This document shows positions 56,454 to 64,000 of a stretch of 64,000 nucleotides of DNA, piece after piece. The stretch spans positions 181,569 to 245,568 of the forward strand of contig CAZLEV010000004.1 of NCBI GenBank assembly GCA_964558645.1. Reading direction: 5' to 3'. The DNA comes from an uncultured archaeon. Lineage in GTDB: Archaea; Asgardarchaeota; Thorarchaeia; Thorarchaeales; Thorarchaeaceae. The translations under genes and the position numbers were made by a program. The notes beneath the pieces were generated by a model. That model made no database searches, had not been told where the DNA came from, and worked only from the letters and a program-made list of their open reading frames with translations. The first letter of the stretch is position 1. Every line of letters starts with the position of its first letter.

Positions 56454-58037
56454 ATGTCAGTAGTCATCGTTGACGCGCTAAGTGCTGGCCACGGGATAAG
56501 GAGCAGCTCCCGGGATTCCATCGGCTGCGGGCCGCGAGCCATAGCAGGCGTTCTCGAGAGAGCTGACATATCATGTCGGATTCACAGGATTGAGGACATT
56601 CTCAGTACAAGGAGAACACTGAAAGGATACAGCCATTGTGCGATCAGCGGTATGAGCATGGATCTGCCAGTCATCAGCAGATGCACTGCGATATGGCGAC
56701 ACACAAGGCCGAATGGAAAAGTACTACTCGGTGGACCGATTGCCACTGATTGGCGGAACACACTTCAAGTGTGCAGACCGGACGTGCTGGTTGTCGGTGA
56801 AGGTGAAGAAACACTTGCCCAGCTGGTGGATAGAGGGATTCTTCATGATGAGATAGACCTGACGGAAATCAGAGGTATTGCATACCTCGAAGGCAACAAC
56901 ACCATATTTACAGGAGAGAGGCGGCTCATACCCGAAGATGTACTGTGGAGAGAGTTTCCACCCTCCACTGTGCGTGTTATAGACTACAGAGCTTATCAGG
57001 CCAGCAGAGTCTATGTAGAAACGGTACGGGGGTGTTCCAACTTCAACAGAGCCAAAATCACACTTCCTGATGGGCGAGAATGCAGCCACTGCGGAAACTG
57101 TGACTCCCCTGAGAGCACCCGACGGCAACGCTGTCCTGAAGGGATTCCTCCCGGATGCGGCTTCTGCAGTGTCCCGAATATATGGGGACCACCGCGGAGC
57201 AGACCTATAGAGAGTGTGGTGGCGGAGGTCAGGGAGCTCGTTGAACTTGGAGTGCACAGAATCGTATTAGAATCGCCCGATTTTCTGGACTATTCACGAG
57301 GACTGTATCCAATGACGAATCCGTGCGAACCGCCAGCCAATATCGATGCAATTAGTGACCTGTTGAAAACCCTAGTAGAGATTCCCGAGATTTCGGATGG
57401 GGATTGCCACATCAGTATTGAGAACATGAAGGCCTGCCTTTTCTCTGACCAAGTCGCACGAAGTATATCCGGGGTGCTATCGCATATATCCCCAAATATC
57501 GGCCTTGAAACAGGTTCGCCTGAACACGCAGAGCGGATTGGAAAATGCGGGGGTCCAGCTGATGTCTTGAGAGCGGTCAGAACAGCTGTGAAATACAAGA
57601 TGAATCCCTACGTCTACTTCATCTATGGATTGCCGGGTGAAGACGAGAATACAGTTAGGGAGTCCGAGGACATGATGAAGGAATTGAGCGAGGCCGGGGC
57701 AGAGAGAATAATTCTGTATGGCTTCAGGGCCTTGCCGGGTTCGGCCTTTGAAGAGTTCCGAAGTGCATCAGAACGCGACCCGATAGGAAAACGTCTCAGA
57801 AGAGTCGCCGAGAAGATCAACTATCAGAAGAAGAAAGACTACGTAGGTGAAACCATCAGAGGCATTGCGGCTGAACCCTCGTTCGACCATCATGGCTACA
57901 CTATGATTTATCCCTTGACAGACGGGCCTCTCATGACTGTAAGCGGGGGCTACTCACCCGGGACTCTGGTCCGAGTTAAGATTGAAGAGGTCATAAGCGC
58001 GGGCCTAGTGAAGGGAGTAGTTGTCGCCCAAAACTAA
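56454..58037 (+). CDS. B12-binding-like + radical SAM + TRAM protein
   Basis: LGGP, GEGE, ETVRGC...GCGFC, IGLETG, YGLPGE; C-terminal TRAM-like domain. Confidence 0.85.
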   Translation: MSVVIVDALSAGHGIRSSSRDSIGCGPRAIAGVLERADISCRIHRIEDILSTRRTLKGYSHCAISGMSMDLPVISRCTAIWRHTRPNGKVLLGGPIATDWRNTLQVCRPDVLVVGEGEETLAQLVDRGILHDEIDLTEIRGIAYLEGNNTIFTGERRLIPEDVLWREFPPSTVRVIDYRAYQASRVYVETVRGCSNFNRAKITLPDGRECSHCGNCDSPESTRRQRCPEGIPPGCGFCSVPNIWGPPRSRPIESVVAEVRELVELGVHRIVLESPDFLDYSRGLYPMTNPCEPPANIDAISDLLKTLVEIPEISDGDCHISIENMKACLFSDQVARSISGVLSHISPNIGLETGSPEHAERIGKCGGPADVLRAVRTAVKYKMNPYVYFIYGLPGEDENTVRESEDMMKELSEAGAERIILYGFRALPGSAFEEFRSASERDPIGKRLRRVAEKINYQKKKDYVGETIRGIAAEPSFDHHGYTMIYPLTDGPLMTVSGGYSPGTLVRVKIEEVISAGLVKGVVVAQN

Positions 58038-58109
58038 TGGGAAATTCGGATGCCCAAAGCAAAGCTTCATATGTGCAACTCGAAGTCTGAGCAGACGAGG
58101 CGGGTCACC

Positions 58110-58253
58110 ATGGTATACATATGTCACAACTGCAAACACGAAGTTACTCCAGAAGATCTTAAGACCCTGCCGGGCGTTAAGTGCCCGTTCTGTGGAGGAA
58201 GAATACTCTACAAAGTTCGCCCCCCTGTAGTCAAGCGGGTAAAGAGCAACTAG
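58110..58253 (+). CDS. rpoP: RNA polymerase subunit P (Rpo12)
   Basis: MVYICHNC...KCPFCGGRILYKVRP. Confidence 0.93.
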   Translation: MVYICHNCKHEVTPEDLKTLPGVKCPFCGGRILYKVRPPVVKRVKSN

Positions 58254-58373
58254 TCACGGTTCTTTTGGTTTCTAACCCTTGTACATCGTATACAGAGCTG
58301 CTACGATGGAAACCAAGAATAGGATTACAAGCAATATCGAGGCAATTTTCCGTTTTGTTGCAGCTCGCACAGA

Positions 58374-59336
58374 CTATTCCTCCAAATCGCTAATCAATAT
58401 CTTTCCGAGCCTTCTAAGTCCATCGATTCCTCTGATTTCGCCCGCAAAGAGAGGGACCTCTGTGATGTCCAGATCGGCATAGATGTCGCGAATGTCCTTG
58501 AGATTCTCTTGTTGCATCTCTCTCCTGGAAGAGCAGAAGGGACAATCCGGATTTGGAGGAATCAGTTGATTCACTATCATGTTGCTTGCAGGAATCTCCC
58601 AAGTATGAAGACTTGCCAGGAGACGTTGGGTTTCAAAGACGGCCATTGCCTCAGGAATCATGACTACCACGAATTGGGTCATCTCAGGATTTGCAAGCTC
58701 AACTCTGGCAAGACGTATTTTCTCTTTCGTCTGTTTTAACATCTCCCAGGAGGTGTCTTCCTCCTCCCCACCACCGAACATACCTCTAAGGCCTGCGACC
58801 ATCGAGCTGAGTCTCTGTCGTAAGGTCAGAATCTTACCCAACCAACTGTCCAGCACCTCAGGAAGCTCAAGCAGCTTTAGCGTATGCCCCGTGGGAGCCG
58901 TGTCGAATATCACCCGATCGAAGCTCGTATCCCCCATGAACTCGAGTATCTTCCCGAATGCCATAGCCTCATCGGATCCGGGAGGCGCCATACCCTCCAT
59001 CCCACCCATGAATTGAGTGGCCATCTCCACTTCAGGGCCTGCACCATATGAGCCGATATTCTCTTGGAATTCCTTCATGCCCTTCTCAGTGTCCAGTTCC
59101 ATCCCCCACAGGTTATCGACTCCCTTGATAGGAATCATCTCGCCACCAGTAAGGTCTTGATCGAAGCTGTCGCTGAGACTATGGGCCGGGTCAGTTGATA
59201 GTACCAGAGTTCGTAGGCCCCGACTTGCGGATATGAGCGCCATTGCGCCGGCGCAGCTGGTCTTTCCGACGCCGCCCTTCCCTCCCGAGAGGACGAATTT
59301 GATGTGGTCATTGTAGAGTATATTCTTGAGAGTCAT
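58374..59336 (-). CDS. Get3/TRC40 (ArsA family) ATPase
   Basis: GGKGGVGKT, STDPAHSL, DTAPTGH, Met-rich groove segments, CPFC; single domain. Confidence 0.92.
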   Translation of the reverse strand: MTLKNILYNDHIKFVLSGGKGGVGKTSCAGAMALISASRGLRTLVLSTDPAHSLSDSFDQDLTGGEMIPIKGVDNLWGMELDTEKGMKEFQENIGSYGAGPEVEMATQFMGGMEGMAPPGSDEAMAFGKILEFMGDTSFDRVIFDTAPTGHTLKLLELPEVLDSWLGKILTLRQRLSSMVAGLRGMFGGGEEEDTSWEMLKQTKEKIRLARVELANPEMTQFVVVMIPEAMAVFETQRLLASLHTWEIPASNMIVNQLIPPNPDCPFCSSRREMQQENLKDIRDIYADLDITEVPLFAGEIRGIDGLRRLGKILISDLEE

Positions 59337-59493
59337 TTCGCTGCCTTCAGAGGAAGTCTATCCAGTGGCGTAATAATCCTTCTGCAACAGACAGATGAGC
59401 CGAGAAAGGTCTTTTAGTAGATAGAAGTGTTACAGCACACTGCCGGATAATACCCAAGTGAGCTATAATCCGTTGTGTGGTGTCATCGAATCA

Positions 59494-60210
59494 ATGTCAT
59501 TTCCCCAAGTCAGATCCTATGCAGAGGAATTTACCTCGACTATACTCAGGCTTATGGGTATTGAGATTCCAGATGAGCTTCCCCAGCCTAATGAAGATCT
59601 AACACGAAGATTCAGTCCGATTGCCATGGTAGTTGTGGTGATAGATAACTTCGGCCTTTTCGAAGCAGTAGTGTACAAGCCTGAGGCAATGATCCGAGAA
59701 CTTGAGGCTCTGGCGCTTATCGAAACCGATGACCCGTATGCGGTGCCTCTCATGAACCACTTGCTTCATAGCAGTCAAGGATTTCACCTCATCGATTATG
59801 TGAAAGACTACGGCAAATTTACTCGCGTGATATGCCGAGAAGAAGACATGGAAGTTTTCCGGTTCGATCCGATTTATACTGTCAATACTAGAGACGACAT
59901 GTCCACCTATGTCGAAGCCACGAAACACATCTACAAGAGCGAACTTTTGCTGATGCACTTCCTTGATTTTGAGAGCCTCTACGCCCAATACGGTCATCGA
60001 ACACCACCCAAGACATTGCTCGAGAAGATTGTGAGAAGAACCGATAACTGGATCAAGGTGCTTCTTCGACAGGCCAGAAAGGACACCCTGTTCGTGATCA
60101 TCGGAAATCACGGACGGCATCCTATTCCGTTGGACTATGAGGGAAAACTGGCAGAATGGAGAAAGGCCAATGCTCCGATTGCCATCATGTTTCAGAAACG
60201 CTCAGCATGA
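59494..60210 (+). CDS. Divergent alkaline-phosphatase-superfamily protein
   Basis: VVVIDNFG, LLMHFLDFE, FVIIGNHG (usually DHG). Confidence 0.6.
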   Translation: MSFPQVRSYAEEFTSTILRLMGIEIPDELPQPNEDLTRRFSPIAMVVVVIDNFGLFEAVVYKPEAMIRELEALALIETDDPYAVPLMNHLLHSSQGFHLIDYVKDYGKFTRVICREEDMEVFRFDPIYTVNTRDDMSTYVEATKHIYKSELLLMHFLDFESLYAQYGHRTPPKTLLEKIVRRTDNWIKVLLRQARKDTLFVIIGNHGRHPIPLDYEGKLAEWRKANAPIAIMFQKRSA

Positions 60211-60214
60211 ACTC

Positions 60215-61009
60215 TCAGAAGAACGCGGGTAGACCAAAGACAATCGCAATGGTGCCGATGACCACGCACAGTTTCCAGAAGCTAATAGATCTCGCCACTC
60301 TCAACAATACCTCCATGGATAGCAGACCGGCCGCGAAAACAATCAGCTCCATCAGGAACAGATCAATGGGCGAAACTACTGAAAGTGACCACCCTCCTGT
60401 GAGGAGTTCAATGCCGAGGATTCCGAGTACAGCCGGCACACTCATCAGAAAGCTGAAGCGAAGTGCCTTTTCCTTGTCCACCTTTTGTAGGAGAAGGGCA
60501 GAGATTGTGAGTCCTGATCGGCTCAGGCCAGGTAAGACCGAGAAGCCCTGAACGAGGCCAGTTGCCAGTGCTTCACGGGAGGTTGGTTCCCGAGAGCCCT
60601 CATCTATGACAGTGTTGCTTCTGCGAGAGGGCAGATACAGCACCACGGCTGTCATCAGTAGTAAGACCCCAACTGAAACGTTGAGTGCTTCTCCTTGGAA
60701 TGTAGTCATTGCAGCTTTGAGGGTGAAGTAGAGGGGGATTGCAGTCATGGCTGTGCCAACTGTGGCAATAAGCAGCAATCTGAATAGACTGCGGTCTCGC
60801 AACAGCAGTATGTGCAGAATATCTCGAGGATAGCGGGCCACCACAGCAAGAGCGGTGCCAAGATGAAGCCATATTGCAAGGGATATCAGATATTCCTGAG
60901 GCACATTGCCGAAATTGTAGGCAAACAGGACTACTTGCCCCTCGCTGCTGATGGGCAACCATTCAACAAGACCCTGAATCAGCGCCAATACTATCTGCCA
61001 AGGTTCCAT
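60215..61009 (-). CDS. uppP: Undecaprenyl/polyprenyl-diphosphate phosphatase (BacA)
   Basis: QGLVEWLPISSEG, LHLGT, PGLSRSG, FSFLMS.P. Confidence 0.93.
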   Translation of the reverse strand: MEPWQIVLALIQGLVEWLPISSEGQVVLFAYNFGNVPQEYLISLAIWLHLGTALAVVARYPRDILHILLLRDRSLFRLLLIATVGTAMTAIPLYFTLKAAMTTFQGEALNVSVGVLLLMTAVVLYLPSRRSNTVIDEGSREPTSREALATGLVQGFSVLPGLSRSGLTISALLLQKVDKEKALRFSFLMSVPAVLGILGIELLTGGWSLSVVSPIDLFLMELIVFAAGLLSMEVLLRVARSISFWKLCVVIGTIAIVFGLPAFF

Positions 61010-61096
61010 CTACATCATTTCCCGACGTTGGAGGAGGTCAAGAAGATTTAAAACTGGTCCTAAACCGACAGCAGCTCATACAGGGACGTCACGAAG

Positions 61097-61759
61097 ATGG
61101 TGTTGGACAATGGTCGTTATATGAGTGGAGAACTCGCAAACGTGACTCAGATGCTGGACGAGCATTTTCGAGTTGCACTATCTGCACACAAGGTACTCTC
61201 AAGTGCGATATCTACATGGCTTGAAAAGAGCGAACCAGCAAAGGAGGAGGACCTGCAGAAGATCACCAGCTATGAAGAGAAGGGTGATGAGTTGAAGCGA
61301 TCCATTCTGAACCAACTGGCAGCGGCCAACTCGCTCATGCAGAGAGAGGACTTGCTTCGCCTAGTATACTACAATGACAAGCTCATTGACGGAGCTGAGA
61401 TAGCTTGCTATCACCTCGCAGCAGTCGCCTCTGAATGGACACCAAGTGGCGAACTAAAGGCCTGTATTGAACAACTCGCTCAACTAGTTGACAACATTGT
61501 GGCAAGCCAGAGAGAGGCCATAAGATTCCTTTCTATGAACATTGAAAACAGCATAGCAAAGACAGACGATATCTGCAGGATAGAGAAGGAGATTGACGTT
61601 CTTGTGCGAGACGTCGTCAGCAAGCTCTATCCAAGTGATATCCCAATTGCCGCGATTCTGAGGACACGTGACTTCATCAATACAATAGAAGAGATGGCCA
61701 ATCTGAGTGAAGATGCCGCCAATACCATCCGTGGTCTCTCACTAACCCTGAATACATAG
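61097..61759 (+). CDS. DUF47 / PhoU-like phosphate transport regulator
   Basis: EEKGD, REDLLRL..D..D, EKEID, ED.A. Confidence 0.85.
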   Translation: MVLDNGRYMSGELANVTQMLDEHFRVALSAHKVLSSAISTWLEKSEPAKEEDLQKITSYEEKGDELKRSILNQLAAANSLMQREDLLRLVYYNDKLIDGAEIACYHLAAVASEWTPSGELKACIEQLAQLVDNIVASQREAIRFLSMNIENSIAKTDDICRIEKEIDVLVRDVVSKLYPSDIPIAAILRTRDFINTIEEMANLSEDAANTIRGLSLTLNT

Positions 61760-61777
61760 TCGGATGCGTGAACATAT

Positions 61778-62344
61778 TTGGTACCAGAGTGCAAGAGTGA
61801 TGTCACGGCCGAGTTTACGGTGGATCGAGCAGTAGTCTGGAATCCAGAACATGGTTCAGCACTCTATGCAGAGGGATACTTTGGACAGCCAGTGGGAATT
61901 AGAAAGCCAAAGTCACCTGAATTCGATAAGCCACTCGAGCTATCATTGCTTGAATGTGCCTATCTGGTCGCAAAAGACCGTATCTGTGTGCACGACCCAA
62001 TTCAGGATCGGCTGCTGACGGAGAATGACCTACTTCAGATTGGCCTTGACCAAGATGGCGAATTCAAGGATAGACTACTTGTATACTCTCAGCTCAGAGA
62101 GAAGGGCTACATCATACGTCCCGGACTAAAATTCGGAACTGATTTTGCAGTCTATGAGAAGGGGCCTGGAATTGATCATGCACCATTTCTGGTCCATGTG
62201 ATCCCACAGAAGAGAGGCGTTGCCCCTCTCGACATTGTCAGAGCAGGAAGACTGGCCACCAGTGTCCGGAAGAAGTTTATCATCGCAACAGTCAAGGAAT
62301 CTGGCGATATTGCCTATTATTCGTTTGTCTGGCACAGACCATAG
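61778..62344 (+). CDS. endA: tRNA-splicing endonuclease (single unit with catalytic triad)
   Basis: LSLLECAYL, GLKFGTDFAVY..GPGIDHA, RLATSVRK (Tyr-His-Lys triad). Confidence 0.95.
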   Translation: MVPECKSDVTAEFTVDRAVVWNPEHGSALYAEGYFGQPVGIRKPKSPEFDKPLELSLLECAYLVAKDRICVHDPIQDRLLTENDLLQIGLDQDGEFKDRLLVYSQLREKGYIIRPGLKFGTDFAVYEKGPGIDHAPFLVHVIPQKRGVAPLDIVRAGRLATSVRKKFIIATVKESGDIAYYSFVWHRP

Positions 62345-62427
62345 TTGAACGCGCATAACCAGCAAAACAAATAAGGCGTCGCTGTGAGGTCAGCTAGATT
62401 GCATCCAGACTACAATGGTGAACCTTA

Positions 62428-62745
62428 ATGGCAAACAAGGCAGAAAACGCGAAGAAGTTTGGCGCACTACTAGCAGAAGCATGGGAAAACACACCATCTT
62501 TCATCTGCAGCAACGACGACTATGCATATTGCCTGTTTCCTGCCGATGAAACGAAGACGAAATGGATTGAAGCGTCAATCACGTTCCCAGATGGTTCGTT
62601 TGATAAGAAGGAAATAGAACCGAATGTCGCAATTGCACTTTTGATTGAAGAACTCAAAGTACTGCCAACCTATGGTGCAGAAACAATTGTCAACTCCAAA
62701 GCCAAGTTGGATCAGATTGCAGCCAAGTTGGCCACCTTGGTGTGA
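62428..62745 (+). CDS. Hypothetical protein
   Basis: 105-aa ORF with GGTGA SD; no family recognised. Confidence 0.7.
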   Translation: MANKAENAKKFGALLAEAWENTPSFICSNDDYAYCLFPADETKTKWIEASITFPDGSFDKKEIEPNVAIALLIEELKVLPTYGAETIVNSKAKLDQIAAKLATLV

Positions 62746-62815
62746 GAATATCCAAGTTCGAAGAGTAGCAGGTATCCTAAGCCTGGCATATTCATTAAAT
62801 TGGCGGAGAGTCCCT

Positions 62816-63601
62816 ATGCCTAAGAGATTAGTTGTGTGCCCAGCATGCGGCTTGGATGTGCCACCTGGGGAGTTCTGCAAGTTCTGCGGAGAGATTTTAC
62901 CCTCAGGAACCGAAATACATCATTCGGGAAAGCTTGACGATGTGGAGGATACGTCTTCTGATATCGCCTTCACAGATTCACTACCTGAGTTCAACTTCAA
63001 TATTCAAGGTGTAGAGAAGAAGACACTGGCCATATTGCTTGCTCACGCTGAGTTGGGCGTCATCAATCGCGAGCTTGACAGGCTTATCCAGCAGACAAGG
63101 GCAACACGCCAAGCTCTCTCACTGGAGCATGCCGACCGAGCTGTTCTCACAGCTAGAGCGGAGAAGCTCAGGAAGTCTCTTGAGATGATGAAGGATCGAA
63201 GAAGAGTCCTTCTTGAAGTCAAGGGGATGGTTCCTCTGGAGAGGACCACCCAAGATCTGAAACGCTTTGAGGGAAAGCTCGTAAAACTTGACGAGATTGT
63301 GGACTCACTAGACTCCGTGGTATACGAAGAACAGCGCCGTGAACTTGTGGAGGAAGTGAAACAGCTCAAGACTCGGCTGAAGTCCCAGCTAAACGAATCT
63401 AAGGGGTGGGTCAAGGAGATGGAGTCCCGTAGCAAAGATATCCAACGAGACATGAGTCGCCTTGATGCCAAATTCAAGATAGGGGACATATCGGATACTG
63501 AATACACCTCGGCCAAGTATAAACTGGAAAGAACAATAAGTATCATTGATGGAGCATTAGTAGGTCTGGAAGAAATCATAGAGGCCGCTAAAGAAGCGTA
63601 A
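62816..63601 (+). CDS. Zn-ribbon + long coiled-coil protein with a CdvA/SHOCT-like C-terminal motif
   Basis: CPACG...FCKFCG; heptad repeats; LDAKFKIGDISDTEY; start MPKR at 62816. Confidence 0.7.
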   Translation: MPKRLVVCPACGLDVPPGEFCKFCGEILPSGTEIHHSGKLDDVEDTSSDIAFTDSLPEFNFNIQGVEKKTLAILLAHAELGVINRELDRLIQQTRATRQALSLEHADRAVLTARAEKLRKSLEMMKDRRRVLLEVKGMVPLERTTQDLKRFEGKLVKLDEIVDSLDSVVYEEQRRELVEEVKQLKTRLKSQLNESKGWVKEMESRSKDIQRDMSRLDAKFKIGDISDTEYTSAKYKLERTISIIDGALVGLEEIIEAAKEA

Positions 63602-63633
63602 CTAGAAGACTCAAGTCTGAGGAGACTGTCAGC

Positions 63634-63930
63634 ATGAGTGAGAACCTTCCCGATTGTACACCGGCATGCGAGAGATTCCGGTGTGAGAGAAAACCAAGCG
63701 CATTGAAGACGATTCGACGTCATGGAAAGAGGGTCTATTGGTGCACATGGGTTGATGATGAATGCGACGGACCTTGGTGCCAGTACAGCTTGTGTAAAGA
63801 ACGCAAAATGACTGACACAGGCAAGTGCAGAAGGGCAGAGAAACCCGTTCTTCTTGATGATGAAGATGACTGGCAGGATCCGTCTGAGATTCCAAAGGAG
63901 TACGCAAAGAAGATTCGAAAGAAACTTTAG
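63634..63930 (+). CDS. Small Cys-rich hypothetical protein
   Basis: C.P.C..F.C, CTWVDDECDGPWCQYSLC, C; GAGGAG SD. Confidence 0.7.
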   Translation: MSENLPDCTPACERFRCERKPSALKTIRRHGKRVYWCTWVDDECDGPWCQYSLCKERKMTDTGKCRRAEKPVLLDDEDDWQDPSEIPKEYAKKIRKKL

Positions 63931-64000
63931 GATAGCCTTGCCATCCCGTAATGCCTATAAGCAGCAGCGGTGGCTGAGCGACTCGTACGGTGATTCATTG

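Noticed and set aside
63043-63723. 226-aa minus-strand ORF and similar antisense ORFs throughout the window
   Set aside because: Ser-rich antisense shadows of well-supported genes.

Overview
This 64-kb window is core chromosome from an Asgard archaeon. Thorarchaeia is the most likely class, inferred from the actin plus two-domain gelsolin and from base composition (roughly 50% GC by eye). It contains: (i) a cytoskeletal locus with eukaryote-like actin and a two-domain gelsolin, flanked by wHTH regulators and a PAS pseudo-kinase; (ii) a co-oriented run of two NYN-LOTUS RNase paralogs around a GNAT, then an orphan DNA methyltransferase, a catalytically degenerate MCM-like protein, Fpg/Nei, M20, LLM, RdgB and TrmB; (iii) an RNA-maturation and translation block with RNase Z, an intron-containing tRNA-Ser(GGA), S13-S4-S11, TiaS, Tsr3, RNase P RNA, Cbf5 and the L22-to-L14e ribosomal cluster, including SecY and an inserted Hsp20; (iv) housekeeping genes (HypD, MobA, HdrA, GGGPS, roadblock, MetAP, TFB, aIF1, RpoP, Get3, UppP, EndA). 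No CRISPR array, integrase or transposase was seen. The two strongest findings are an aIF1/SUI1 gene whose conserved N-terminus can only be made from a near-cognate (CUG) start, suggesting IF3/eIF1-style autoregulation, and a pseudo-MCM sitting between a DNA methyltransferase and a DNA glycosylase, downstream of MARF1-like RNases. All assignments come from motif recognition by eye; no database searches were run.
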